Shown: positions 19,036 through 29,179 of the stretch, in pieces
Layout of the letters: each line of letters begins with the position of its first letter
Position numbering within the stretch: the stretch's first letter is position 1
Virus record (IMG/VR): IMGVR_UViG_3300001594_000003
Location: 64,001 to 128,000 of that record
Source of the DNA: a virus
Taxonomy: Duplodnaviria; Caudoviricetes
Length of the DNA stretch: 64,000 nucleotides
Reading direction: 5' to 3' (one strand)
Position numbers and translations under genes: made by a program
The notes under the pieces: generated by a model
Seen by the model: only the letters and a program-made list of their open reading frames with translations
Database searches by the model: none
Told to the model about the DNA's origin: nothing

Positions 19036-21027
19036 ATGTTAGGGCTAATCAGAAAATTCGCACAGTGGCCTTATCCCCTGCAGCGACCTAGCGGCTTGCT
19101 CCAGCTCTTTACCGATCAAAGTTCTGGTGATGATATAGGTGCCGTAGTAAGTAACGGTCAGATTGAGACCATTAAAACGAACGTTGCCAAGTACCTTCGC
19201 AGGTCCTTTCGATATACGAATCAGGAAAGTGGAGAGATACTGGTAAAATTTAAAGCCAGAGTGTCTAATTCTGGTTTGAACAGTCAGATTCGAGTTGGTT
19301 TAGTCTCGCAACCGTATGAGGCAGGCAGCATAGCAATTCAGTACGATGCACCTCACGTCGGTATTTACATAAGCCCTTTAGCTATTTACCTGAACAACGT
19401 AGGCAGCACTAAACAAACGCATATTCCGTACGAAGCTGGGACAGAAATCGAAGTTCAGCTTGAGTACAATTTTGACCAGAATATCACTGTCCTTACCGTA
19501 AACGGGCAGAGTATGCGAATGGAAGGAGAGATACCTCTCCCTCAGACACAACTGCAACATTTAGGCATTCGCACGTATGCTGATGTTGAAATCAAAGAAC
19601 TGCGCGTTTACCTACGACGTGCTAGTTTGGTCCCTATGGGTTATCCTTGGTTGCAGAATTTGTTTTGGGATAATACCTCTTATGAAGAAGTGAATGGTAT
19701 TACAAACGCGCTTGCTTCGGGTAACTACATACAAGACAACAAGTTAATCGGTTCTCAGTCAACAGCACAAGCACTCGCTCAGCCGTTTACCCCGGACCCT
19801 GACGAAGATTTTACGATACAGCTAAGGTTTCATGTTGGTGACATATCAAACCTACGCGATATTCTTTGTGTTGCATTATCTACAATAGCTACAACATCAT
19901 GGCGTATAACGATGTTGGTTGGAGGTAAGATCGAGTTTGCTTTTGTGGTTGCAGGTGCAAGTGTTGAAACCAAGATAGAAACGACTACTGCGATCAAAAC
20001 AAACACAGAATATCAGATTGCTATTGTGCGTCGTACTGGCGTTATATCCATTTTGCTAGATGGTCAAGTAGAAGCTAGTACATTCTCGCAAGCTGGATTC
20101 AATAGAGTTAACGCTAGCGTATCAACTAAACGTTCCAACGTTGCTGGTATATTCGGAGCTCGTTGGGATCTTCGTATTGCTAAAAAGGCTCTTAGTGCGT
20201 CAGAGCTTGCGAAGAAACCAGAGAATTTTCTCCGACCGTTCTATTCAGATTTAGAAATCCCATTCATCAATTCACAAATCGTGGTTCGAGATGCCGAGGC
20301 TCGTAATGAAGTTGGTTCTACGATTCAAGGTACTTACACTCTGGGTGCAGGTAGTATCTATCAAGCAATCAACACGTCTGACGGGCAACGACTACAATGG
20401 GATGCACCTGCTTTCGGCGCTGGCGATTTCACTGTAGAGGTAGAGTTTTTACGCAATTCCCTGGGAAGCGCAGAAGCGCAGTTGATTGGTGATTGGTACA
20501 TCACCGGAACCTCTCAATACAACATCCAATACTTCAGGGGTTGGCAATTAACTTGCTCTAATAGTGTTATCTGGTTTTATCCATCTCCAAACTACGCAAG
20601 CGATCCTAGGGCGATTGTCGCTAGTGGACTCTCAATATCGGATGGGCTATGGCATCGTATTGTAGTTGAGCGCGTTCAGGGTATTATACGGATATACCTT
20701 AATAGCGCTAAGGTCGCTGAAGTCGCAGACGCGAAACCCATAGTTAGGACGAATAGCGGAAAACTTAACGTTCAAAACTTCAACTTAAACAACCAAAGTT
20801 GGGTTGCAGCTTCTCGTCTACAGTTGCGTAGTATACGTGTTGCAGATAAAGCTATGTATGGTGGTGATCTGACGAAAGTTGAAAACTTCTATCCGCGTAT
20901 ACCTGGAGACTATTCAGCTAGATGTACAGGTATTTCCGCTCAAGTTTTGGTTCCTGATGACACTGTGATACCATCAACACAGCACAACGTCACAGGCATT
21001 TCCGCTCAGATTTTGGTGAGAGTATGA
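19036..21027 (+). CDS. LamG/concanavalin-like domain virion adhesin A
   Basis: EDFTIQL..YQIAIVRRTGVISILLDG; GAGDFTVE..WHRIVVERVQGIIRIYLN. Confidence 0.8.
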   Translation: MLGLIRKFAQWPYPLQRPSGLLQLFTDQSSGDDIGAVVSNGQIETIKTNVAKYLRRSFRYTNQESGEILVKFKARVSNSGLNSQIRVGLVSQPYEAGSIAIQYDAPHVGIYISPLAIYLNNVGSTKQTHIPYEAGTEIEVQLEYNFDQNITVLTVNGQSMRMEGEIPLPQTQLQHLGIRTYADVEIKELRVYLRRASLVPMGYPWLQNLFWDNTSYEEVNGITNALASGNYIQDNKLIGSQSTAQALAQPFTPDPDEDFTIQLRFHVGDISNLRDILCVALSTIATTSWRITMLVGGKIEFAFVVAGASVETKIETTTAIKTNTEYQIAIVRRTGVISILLDGQVEASTFSQAGFNRVNASVSTKRSNVAGIFGARWDLRIAKKALSASELAKKPENFLRPFYSDLEIPFINSQIVVRDAEARNEVGSTIQGTYTLGAGSIYQAINTSDGQRLQWDAPAFGAGDFTVEVEFLRNSLGSAEAQLIGDWYITGTSQYNIQYFRGWQLTCSNSVIWFYPSPNYASDPRAIVASGLSISDGLWHRIVVERVQGIIRIYLNSAKVAEVADAKPIVRTNSGKLNVQNFNLNNQSWVAASRLQLRSIRVADKAMYGGDLTKVENFYPRIPGDYSARCTGISAQVLVPDDTVIPSTQHNVTGISAQILVRV

Positions 21028-22166
21028 CAATACATTTATTCGAAGGTTTCTTCGGTCCTGATTATCGGCCGCAAGCACCTACTTTGTTTCCAACCGCCAA
21101 CCCAACAGGTCAACTGTTTAACGTAACAGAGGACGGGTGGACGTTTGCGTACACGACCTACTATTCAAACGCGACCGGATATAGTGGTGCGTATATAGGA
21201 ACTCAACAAGGTGTTCCTAAAGGGAATAAACTCGTATTTGGGTTGAGATTTAAGAATCTCATCAACCAACTACACCATATAACCATGATGTTCCTTGAAG
21301 TGCCTCAGGTTTCAATTTCTTACAGTTCATCAAGTAGTATAGGCCTGTCTGCACGGTCTCCGTTGCCTGCATTTTGGATGAAAAGTACCACACCGAGCGG
21401 AGCGAACGCAGGATTAACCTCAGCTGGGCTACGGGCACCTAACACCAACGTAGGCACAACTGGGGCAAATCCGACCTCGATTGTGTCTTGGAACCTTGAA
21501 GGGTACGACACTAGAACAAATGAATATTGCGTAGAAGTTGAGTATGACTTCCAAAACAATATGATCAATATATGGATCGATGGTTTTAAAATTCAAGAGT
21601 ATGCGTATGTGTTTACGGAAGCTCAGAAGGCTATTCAGGTTCTATACCCTGTAGTTGAGAGCCACACACGCCATCCTCAATCCGGCAACTCCGCTGGTAA
21701 CTCATCCTACACTTTGAAGCATGTACACTTCGCCGACGAGGTTCTGGGTAACGTTCAAGCGAAACGTCTTGCTCCAACCGCAGACTTCAACGTTGATTCT
21801 GTGTACAACACTCCTGCATTTTCCAAATTCAATACGTACAACGCTGGCGTAACGACAACCAAAACAGGGAAGATGGTGTTGGATGTAGCTGACGTTACAG
21901 ATGAGACAATACTTGCGTTCAATTTGATTGGCACATTCTCCAAGTCGCACGTTTCGGCCTACGAAACAATTTCAACTGAAAAGCTACTCATTTCTGACGG
22001 CACGACAGAAAACGCAGGTCCAGCCAACGCTGTTGAAAATAGCTCGCGGGATTTCAGGATGTTGGAGAAGAATCCTATAACTGGATCGAACTGGACGCAA
22101 AGTCAGATCAATCAACTAAAAATAGGCGTTGACTTGACTATAACAGACAAGTTCCCAAGAAGCTAG
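21024..22166 (+). CDS. Adhesin partner A (beta-sandwich virion protein)
   Basis: MTIHLFEGF; C-terminal KNPITGSNWTQSQINQLKIG; paralog of 25005. Confidence 0.75.
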   Translation: MTIHLFEGFFGPDYRPQAPTLFPTANPTGQLFNVTEDGWTFAYTTYYSNATGYSGAYIGTQQGVPKGNKLVFGLRFKNLINQLHHITMMFLEVPQVSISYSSSSSIGLSARSPLPAFWMKSTTPSGANAGLTSAGLRAPNTNVGTTGANPTSIVSWNLEGYDTRTNEYCVEVEYDFQNNMINIWIDGFKIQEYAYVFTEAQKAIQVLYPVVESHTRHPQSGNSAGNSSYTLKHVHFADEVLGNVQAKRLAPTADFNVDSVYNTPAFSKFNTYNAGVTTTKTGKMVLDVADVTDETILAFNLIGTFSKSHVSAYETISTEKLLISDGTTENAGPANAVENSSRDFRMLEKNPITGSNWTQSQINQLKIGVDLTITDKFPRS

Positions 22167-22176
22167 GTAACTGATA

Positions 22177-25008
22177 ATGTTAGGGCTAATCAGAAAGTTT
22201 GCACAGTGGCCTTGGCCATTGTTGCGTCGCACAGAAGAGGAAGTATCCGATACCTGGGTACAATTCCGATTTCAAGACAACGAAGCTATCAATGAAGTAA
22301 CCGAAGTGCCTGCTTTAATGTACGGCACTGCGACTGTCACGGAAGGGAAGCTGGTAACAAATCCACCGTCTACATCAAACTACATGGCGGCACCGAACGT
22401 AATCTTCGAGGCAAACGAAGATTTCAGCATTAGCTTGAACGTGAACATGCCCTTCACGGAGACACGACCTTATAATTGCATTGTCGGTGTGTATGATTCC
22501 TTCTCCTCCGGCAAATATGCGTGGGTCTTAGGTCGCCGAGGTAATGAAAGCCCATCTAAAAAATTGGCATTCAATTTTAACGATAACGGAAACTTGCGTG
22601 TACTGAACGGCATATCCGATATTAAACCTAATCTTGATTATCACGTTGAGATATCGCGCGTTTCAAACGTAGTCTATATGTTTGTTAATGGCAACCTAGA
22701 AAGCTCAATGGTTATATCAGGTGGGAACCCGAAAATAGCACTTCCGAGATTACGTACAGACGTTGTACATTCTGAGGGCCAAACTACCACCAGCACGCAT
22801 GTTGGCGGTGGCTATAAGTGGAGCATTCAGATAAAGAAAGGCCAAGGCGGACATACTGAGAATTTTACTCCTAGTGAGCTTGATCCGTACGTGCGTGCTA
22901 CATACTCTAAGTCACTTGCGGATAAAGTAGCAGCGCAGTACGGATTCCGTCGCAACTCTCTCGCAGATGAAGCTGGTAATGGTACAGGCGTTCTGTATGG
23001 TACAGCATCTGTATCTGAAGGCCGCATTAAGCAGACGGCAGTAACGACCTCGTACTTCCAGTTGCCTATCCGTAAATTTGGACAAGGTGACTTCACTATA
23101 GAGCTTATGGCAAAAGTATCTTCCGTTAACTCAAGCTATGGTGCAGCTATACTTGGTCATTGGAAGGCAGGAGCTGCTGCGAGTGATGAGAATAGATGGT
23201 GCATCCATATCGGTGCGCAAGGTCAAATCTCTTGGAATCAGGCTCGATCCGCCAACGCAGACGATAGGCACTACTTCATTTCACCTAGTGGTAAGTTTAA
23301 GTTCAACACAGACCAACACATAGTGGTTGAGAAGATTGGACAAACAGTTTCTATATACGTTGATGGAGAACTGGCTGCTAGTCAGGTCGGCTTCGATTTT
23401 CCTATCCGAGGAGAAGCGCCTCATTATGCGCGTAGCTTGAGTAGTCAGAATACCTATACAATGGCGGGCGAAGTATGGAACATTCGCATCGTCGATCAAG
23501 CTGTTTACGGCGGAACTGTCGTTCAGAAACCAACGTTCCCGCAGTTCCCGAAAGAAACTGTGTGGCCTTGGTTACAAATGACCAAAGACGGTAGATATGG
23601 TTACGATGAAGTCTCTGGTCATGACTGGTACACTACCAATAGTGCTACTGTGCAAAACGGCACAATCACTACAATAGCGTCCGCGTCAAGTAAAGCAGAA
23701 ACGTCATCGGTAACGTTCGACGAGAACGAAGACTTCACGATTGAATCGAAGTGGAAAGCATCTACCATACACTCAACGAATGGTGCCGCCATTCTATGTG
23801 TATGGAATACTGCAGGGCAAGGCGACAACTCATGGTGTTTGGTGCTGAATCCAAATCAAACGCTCAGTTTCGGTTTTTCCTCGGATGGTACAACGTACAC
23901 TGTCTTGGATGGGACGATAGTCGCTGCGTTGAACCAAGAGCACCATGTAGCTGTAGTGCGAAAGAATGGCGTCATTAGGATGTTTGTTGACGGCCAACCA
24001 GAAGCCGCTACGATTGTTTCTAATCTTGCATCGTTCAAATCGAGTCGTCCGCTATCTACGACGTGGAACGCTTCTACGTACATGGCAGCGGATCGTTGGG
24101 ATATTCGTATTATCAAGGGAGAAGCAAAATATACGGTCGCGTTCACGCCAGTCACGCTTACAGCTTTCCGTCGCCCATTGTATGAATCTGCTATTGAATC
24201 TGCCATAGCATCACAGTATGTTTTCCGTGAAAACGTAAACCATAACGAGATAACAGGCGAAGTAGCTAGCCTTTCAGGTACTGCGGCTGTAATGCGTGGT
24301 CGTATCAAGACTACAAATGACAACACGTCTCAGTATAGCCTGCCTACGAAATACTTCGGAGCGGGTGATTTCACCATTGAGTTTATGTTTAAGCTGCTTG
24401 CATCGCGCAGCGCAACGATGCAAATTCTCGGTCAAGCCTACTCCGGTAATCAGGTACACCAAGACAACAGTTGGAACATTTACTACAAAGACAATTCGCT
24501 TACAGTTGATATCTGGCCGGGTCTGACCTTAACTCGTCACGTTATTAGTTGCGGACCGTTGCCGCTTAACGTAGACTCGCACATAGTTGTAGAACGTGTT
24601 GAAGGTATAGTCACGGTATACGTAAACGGTAAAAGTGTCGGCACACTCAATCTGACAACGCCGCTGGTTGAGCCGGCTACAAACACGATGACGTCCAACA
24701 ACAAAATATCTGGCGCCAACAACCTATACGGCGAGCGTGAGATATGGAACATTCGGACGGCGTCTAGGGCACTCTATCGCGGAAATGTCAAAACAAAATC
24801 TACGTTTCCGCGTCCGGCAAATGGCTTCTCGGTACAAGCCCAGACTGTCAGCGTTCAATCGCTGGAAAGTAGCAGCTTCAATACGGAGCTAACGGACCAC
24901 ACCGTACAAACAGTCAGCGTACAATCCCTTGAGTCAGTACCAGTTAATACTGAGCTGACCGACCATTCGATTAACACCGTAGTAATCCAAGCATTGGTGA
25001 AAATATGA
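22177..25008 (+). CDS. Four-LamG-domain virion adhesin B
   Basis: Four DF(S/T)I..H(V/I)..R...(M/I/V)(F/Y)V(N/D)G units; N-terminus shared with 19036. Confidence 0.8.
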   Translation: MLGLIRKFAQWPWPLLRRTEEEVSDTWVQFRFQDNEAINEVTEVPALMYGTATVTEGKLVTNPPSTSNYMAAPNVIFEANEDFSISLNVNMPFTETRPYNCIVGVYDSFSSGKYAWVLGRRGNESPSKKLAFNFNDNGNLRVLNGISDIKPNLDYHVEISRVSNVVYMFVNGNLESSMVISGGNPKIALPRLRTDVVHSEGQTTTSTHVGGGYKWSIQIKKGQGGHTENFTPSELDPYVRATYSKSLADKVAAQYGFRRNSLADEAGNGTGVLYGTASVSEGRIKQTAVTTSYFQLPIRKFGQGDFTIELMAKVSSVNSSYGAAILGHWKAGAAASDENRWCIHIGAQGQISWNQARSANADDRHYFISPSGKFKFNTDQHIVVEKIGQTVSIYVDGELAASQVGFDFPIRGEAPHYARSLSSQNTYTMAGEVWNIRIVDQAVYGGTVVQKPTFPQFPKETVWPWLQMTKDGRYGYDEVSGHDWYTTNSATVQNGTITTIASASSKAETSSVTFDENEDFTIESKWKASTIHSTNGAAILCVWNTAGQGDNSWCLVLNPNQTLSFGFSSDGTTYTVLDGTIVAALNQEHHVAVVRKNGVIRMFVDGQPEAATIVSNLASFKSSRPLSTTWNASTYMAADRWDIRIIKGEAKYTVAFTPVTLTAFRRPLYESAIESAIASQYVFRENVNHNEITGEVASLSGTAAVMRGRIKTTNDNTSQYSLPTKYFGAGDFTIEFMFKLLASRSATMQILGQAYSGNQVHQDNSWNIYYKDNSLTVDIWPGLTLTRHVISCGPLPLNVDSHIVVERVEGIVTVYVNGKSVGTLNLTTPLVEPATNTMTSNNKISGANNLYGEREIWNIRTASRALYRGNVKTKSTFPRPANGFSVQAQTVSVQSLESSSFNTELTDHTVQTVSVQSLESVPVNTELTDHSINTVVIQALVKI

Positions 25009-26177
25009 TCCATTTACTAGATGGTTTCAACTGGCCGGTTAACGCAACTACAGCGAATGCCACTCTGGATAATCATCAAAATCAACCCACTTCGTTTTTT
25101 CAGTTCCCACCAAATCCGTACGTGCACCCAGAAAACGGCAAAGGGCTTTTTGGTGCACGAGAAAACACAGGCACCGCACTTATACACGGCCTAAGAATAG
25201 TTGCACGACCTGCGCTAACGTTCACAAACGGGAAACTCGTTGTTGGAGGTTCCTTCTATGCCAACAATATAAACACGGACGGTAACAGGAATTTTTTTGG
25301 CTTGCTTCTCTGCTATACGAACGACGGTTATATAGGTACCACTCAGGTACGCAGCAGTGCTGGTTCTTCAGATATGGCACCGCCAGTGACGCGATTGCCT
25401 TCCTTGCTACTTAAGGGAAGTATGTTGATGTTGCGCAAGTACGCATCAAGCTCTTCCAGTACGAGCGCATCTACCTACGTAGCAAGCCGTGATCTTACAG
25501 GGGTCACCTCTATGGGTAAGCATTGGTTTGAGGTTGTGTACGATTTCAATGCCAACACCGTAGAAGTCTTCATAGATAACGTATCCGTGTTGTTGCATCC
25601 GTACACGTTTACTGAGGAGGAGAAAACTGCTTCGTATCGTCTTCAAGTACACATGCAGGTCTGCTCATCGCTTCCTGAACTGTACGTGACTGCGGTGTAC
25701 GCAGCAGATGAACGATTTGGTCCGTGCAAGGTAGTAGCCAAATATGCAAACGCTGACGTGTCCGTTCCACCTGCATTCGGAGAAGGGCCGCATTTTCAAA
25801 AACTCAACGGCAGTTTCATATCTACCGACACCAACAAGTTGGTCACTAAGCAGGATGCCTCAGCTGAGTTTGGATTGACTCCTAGTGAAATAACGGGTGA
25901 CGTGAAGGGTGTAGTCGTGTTGGGTCGCTTGTCTTCAACTAACCGATCTGCGTATGAAACTGGGGCCGACGTACAATACGGCCTCAAATTGCCTCAAGGA
26001 ACATGGGCATCCAATAAAATACCGGTGCCGACACCGGTTGAAGCAACAGAGCGAATTGAAGCCGTAATGCTGGACAAGAATCCCCTAACTGGCACTGCGT
26101 TCACGAAAGACGAAATCAACTCGCTAGGTCTGACCCTAACGTTCGACGTGACCAACAAGTTTACCGTAGCTGAATAA
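25005..26177 (+). CDS. Adhesin partner B
   Basis: MIHLLDGF; KNPLTGTAFTKDEINSLGL. Confidence 0.75.
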   Translation: MIHLLDGFNWPVNATTANATLDNHQNQPTSFFQFPPNPYVHPENGKGLFGARENTGTALIHGLRIVARPALTFTNGKLVVGGSFYANNINTDGNRNFFGLLLCYTNDGYIGTTQVRSSAGSSDMAPPVTRLPSLLLKGSMLMLRKYASSSSSTSASTYVASRDLTGVTSMGKHWFEVVYDFNANTVEVFIDNVSVLLHPYTFTEEEKTASYRLQVHMQVCSSLPELYVTAVYAADERFGPCKVVAKYANADVSVPPAFGEGPHFQKLNGSFISTDTNKLVTKQDASAEFGLTPSEITGDVKGVVVLGRLSSTNRSAYETGADVQYGLKLPQGTWASNKIPVPTPVEATERIEAVMLDKNPLTGTAFTKDEINSLGLTLTFDVTNKFTVAE

Positions 26178-26182
26178 CCGAG

Positions 26183-26189
26183 TAATTTA
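26183..26189 (+). promoter_or_regulatory. Candidate late promoter TAATTT(A)
   Basis: Intergenic motif before the GH5 gene. Confidence 0.55.
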
Positions 26190-26266
26190 ATCACAAGGAT
26201 GTGAATAAAATGCCAACACTAAAATACGTTCAAGGAGCTCCACTTAATCATACGTGAGGCTCCAAA

Positions 26267-28315
26267 ATGAAACCAGAAGAACTCCTTGCTGCTATGCAGC
26301 CACTAGCGGAAGCCGTAGCAAAGGCGACCGCGGAATACACGAAAGAAGTTGCTTCTTATCGTGAGGAACTAGCACAGACCAAGGAAGAACTTCAACGAGT
26401 ACGGACGCAACTTGAAGAACTAGCAGGTGCAACACCAAAGCCGACACCCGAGCAACCAAAGCCAGAGCCTACTCCTGAACCGGAGCCAACACCTAAGCCT
26501 GATGTACCTGCGACCGGTGCCATCAAGATCAATGATTTCGATGGCGGTGATTGGCTGAACGGTGTCTGGATCAAGGATGATACCCGCCGGGTATCCATAC
26601 CGCAAACTGACCTGTTCACAGTTGGTGATGAAGTAACACTAGCTGATGGTGAACCCCGTCGCGTCAAAGTTGTTGAAGACGTTGGCGATAACATCAGTCT
26701 GGAACTCACTGGCGGCAAGATCGACCCTAACGTTGCAGGTGCACCCAACAACGTAACTAAGGTAGCAGACGGTGAGCCGGATGATCTGCCTGAGCCGGGA
26801 CCTGAGCAGCCAGCTCCAATACCAGAAGTACCAAAGCCTGAGCCGAAGCCGGACGTTGAAGGGTTTACCTCCAGCATCAACAACTTCACGGATGACAAGT
26901 ATTGGGATCGCGGTATCTGGCGCGGCGATAAGGCTGGTATCAGTATCACTAACTCGGCAGACAATCGTAAGCACTTCGTAGAGGGTGCTCCGGTTAAACT
27001 TGCCACTGGCGAGATTCGTCGAGTAACGTGGGCTCAAGAGGTTGGTGACAACATCAGCCTTTTCTTGGAAGGTACGACCTTGGATGCTTCTAAGGTCGGC
27101 TCACCCAACAAGATCGTATTGGCAACTGACGAAGCACCTCAGCCAGACCCAAAGCCGACAGAGCCGGAACCTACACCTACTCCAGCACCTACGCCGATCC
27201 CACCTGTTTCTGGTGTTGACGCTCAACTGCCTGCGTTCGGTCTAAACTTGGGTGGTCTGGGTAATAACCCTTGGCTTGCAGCTATCAATGGGCCGGATGG
27301 GGTTCGAGGCGATACACACTACTCGATCACCAAAGAGCCGCACATTGCGTGCTATGCGAAACACTTGAACGGTAAGCCGTGGATTGCGCGTCTGCCTATC
27401 GCTGCTGAGTACCTGATCACCAAGGATGGAGACAAGCTCAACCAGCGCTATGTGAACGACATTCTGGGTGTGATGAACATCGTCCACAAGTACGGCGGTA
27501 AAGTGCTGTTGGATATGCACAACTACTACCGCTTCTGGAAGAAAGTACCCAGCCCTGTTGCGGGTCGTGATATGAAGAACCACAACGACCACCTTGCAAA
27601 GGGTTCGGCTGTGTGGACTGTCATCAACGAGCCGGATTGTCCTGTCACCAACAAAGGATTCGCGCAACTGTGGGTAGACATTCTGATGGGCCCAATAGGT
27701 AAGCATCCTGCGATGTTTATGGCTGGGCTTGTGAATGAACCACACAACCGCGGCACCGACAAGGTTGATATCAACTCGAAGTGGCCTGTATGTGCTCAAC
27801 TGTGCGTCAACGAAATCCGTAAGGTCAACAAGACTATCTGGATTACAGTTGCGGGCAACTTCTACAGCAGCGCCAAGATGTGGACCAGCGTCAGCAAGGA
27901 CCTGCACAAGATCACTGATCCGCAAGACAAGCTGATCTTTGAAGCTCACCAGTACATGGACAAGCAGGGTAATGGTGGCGGGGCGTGGAACTCCCACACC
28001 GATCCGGTTGCTGCCGATCAAGGTACCAAGGACTGGGCAGGGTATGCCGCCTGGGCTATAGAGAAGAACGTGCGTGGTATGTGCGGTGAAGTAGGTGGTC
28101 CCGCTACTGCAGGTCAGTATTTGACTGCTGTTCGCCGCTTGTGTGATCTTATGGCATCACACCGTATGCCAGTAGTGTTTTGGATGGGCGGTACTGGCCA
28201 GAACGACAGCTACGCTAACGGTATGAACACCAAGGCAGGCGTACTCAAACCAAATGCTGCGCCTCTGATGGAGCGCATCGGACGCACGTTCCCATCGTAC
28301 GGGCCGAAGAAGTAA
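26267..28315 (+). CDS. GH5 (cellulase-family) glycoside hydrolase with coiled-coil N-terminus, Pro-Glu linkers and two repeated putative binding domains
   Basis: LDMHNY, LVNEPH (acid/base Glu), FEAHQY, CGEVG (nucleophile Glu); repeat IN(D/N)F..W..G(V/I)W...VGDNISL.L.G. Confidence 0.85.
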   Translation: MKPEELLAAMQPLAEAVAKATAEYTKEVASYREELAQTKEELQRVRTQLEELAGATPKPTPEQPKPEPTPEPEPTPKPDVPATGAIKINDFDGGDWLNGVWIKDDTRRVSIPQTDLFTVGDEVTLADGEPRRVKVVEDVGDNISLELTGGKIDPNVAGAPNNVTKVADGEPDDLPEPGPEQPAPIPEVPKPEPKPDVEGFTSSINNFTDDKYWDRGIWRGDKAGISITNSADNRKHFVEGAPVKLATGEIRRVTWAQEVGDNISLFLEGTTLDASKVGSPNKIVLATDEAPQPDPKPTEPEPTPTPAPTPIPPVSGVDAQLPAFGLNLGGLGNNPWLAAINGPDGVRGDTHYSITKEPHIACYAKHLNGKPWIARLPIAAEYLITKDGDKLNQRYVNDILGVMNIVHKYGGKVLLDMHNYYRFWKKVPSPVAGRDMKNHNDHLAKGSAVWTVINEPDCPVTNKGFAQLWVDILMGPIGKHPAMFMAGLVNEPHNRGTDKVDINSKWPVCAQLCVNEIRKVNKTIWITVAGNFYSSAKMWTSVSKDLHKITDPQDKLIFEAHQYMDKQGNGGGAWNSHTDPVAADQGTKDWAGYAAWAIEKNVRGMCGEVGGPATAGQYLTAVRRLCDLMASHRMPVVFWMGGTGQNDSYANGMNTKAGVLKPNAAPLMERIGRTFPSYGPKK

Positions 28316-28360
28316 CGGATTCAATCGCCAAGGACGGCACCCTATTCCAATGTGCTTCTG

Positions 28361-28367
28361 TAATTTA
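28361..28367 (+). promoter_or_regulatory. Candidate late promoter TAATTT(A)
   Basis: Intergenic motif about 30 nt before ATG 28395. Confidence 0.55.
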
Positions 28368-28394
28368 TACACAAGCTAAATGAGGAGCTAGTAA

Positions 28395-29057
28395 ATGCGT
28401 CTCCAACTTCGTATGACTGCGGAAGCACATTCCAAAGCAGAACACTTCACCCAATTCTCCAATGCGGACGAAGGTGAAATGAAATCCTTCATTCGCACAC
28501 TGATGCAATTGAAGGACATGCAAGACCTGTACGATGTAGGCTTGAAGGTTGAGAAGCTGATCCCTCGCCTACTGGACTTGTTCCAAGAAGCCAAGATTGA
28601 CCCGTCGTGTTCGTTCCAAGCAGCAAACGGTCGTCTCTGGGCACTGTACACAAAGTGGCGTCAGAGTTGTCAGGATAGCCTGAAAAACGGTATGTACGAC
28701 AAGTTCTGCCAAGCCAGAATGCAAGACGTAAAGTGTCCAGGCCTGTCCCTAGCCAACTACCCGATTCAGGGTATGTTCACTATGGATGGCGTGCGCTTTG
28801 TCGGTATAGGTTACGACAACGCAAACGTAAACGGTCTCGGTACAGATCAGTGGGTACTGCTGCTGTCGGTACGTGGGGAGAACACGTGTTCCACCATGTG
28901 CATGGGCAGTTTGAACGACTCGTTCGGTAAGATCGACTATGACAAGTTTGGTCAGATCGTGGTCAATCTAAAGGGATGGATGACAGAAAATGTTCGTGAA
29001 CTTCAAGATAATTCCACCGGGCCAACCCCAACAAGACAAGACCCTACCGAAGGGTAA
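28395..29057 (+). CDS. Hypothetical protein
   Basis: GAGGAG RBS, 220 aa. Confidence 0.75.
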   Translation: MRLQLRMTAEAHSKAEHFTQFSNADEGEMKSFIRTLMQLKDMQDLYDVGLKVEKLIPRLLDLFQEAKIDPSCSFQAANGRLWALYTKWRQSCQDSLKNGMYDKFCQARMQDVKCPGLSLANYPIQGMFTMDGVRFVGIGYDNANVNGLGTDQWVLLLSVRGENTCSTMCMGSLNDSFGKIDYDKFGQIVVNLKGWMTENVRELQDNSTGPTPTRQDPTEG

Positions 29058-29179
29058 GTCAAAAACCGAGAAGAACCAGATCAAGGAAGATATGAGAACT
29101 ATCCAGAATCGACTGGCTAGATCGCTGCTGCGTGCTGTACGCAAACGAGCAGAGCACCAGAATTACAAGGAGATTTGAA

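Noticed and set aside
5976-26177. Diversity-generating retroelement or invertible tail-fibre switch
   Set aside because: No reverse transcriptase or invertase, no adenine-specific TR/VR pair seen, all modules in the same orientation
26210-26257. 15-aa ORF upstream of GH5
   Set aside because: Too short and no supporting feature
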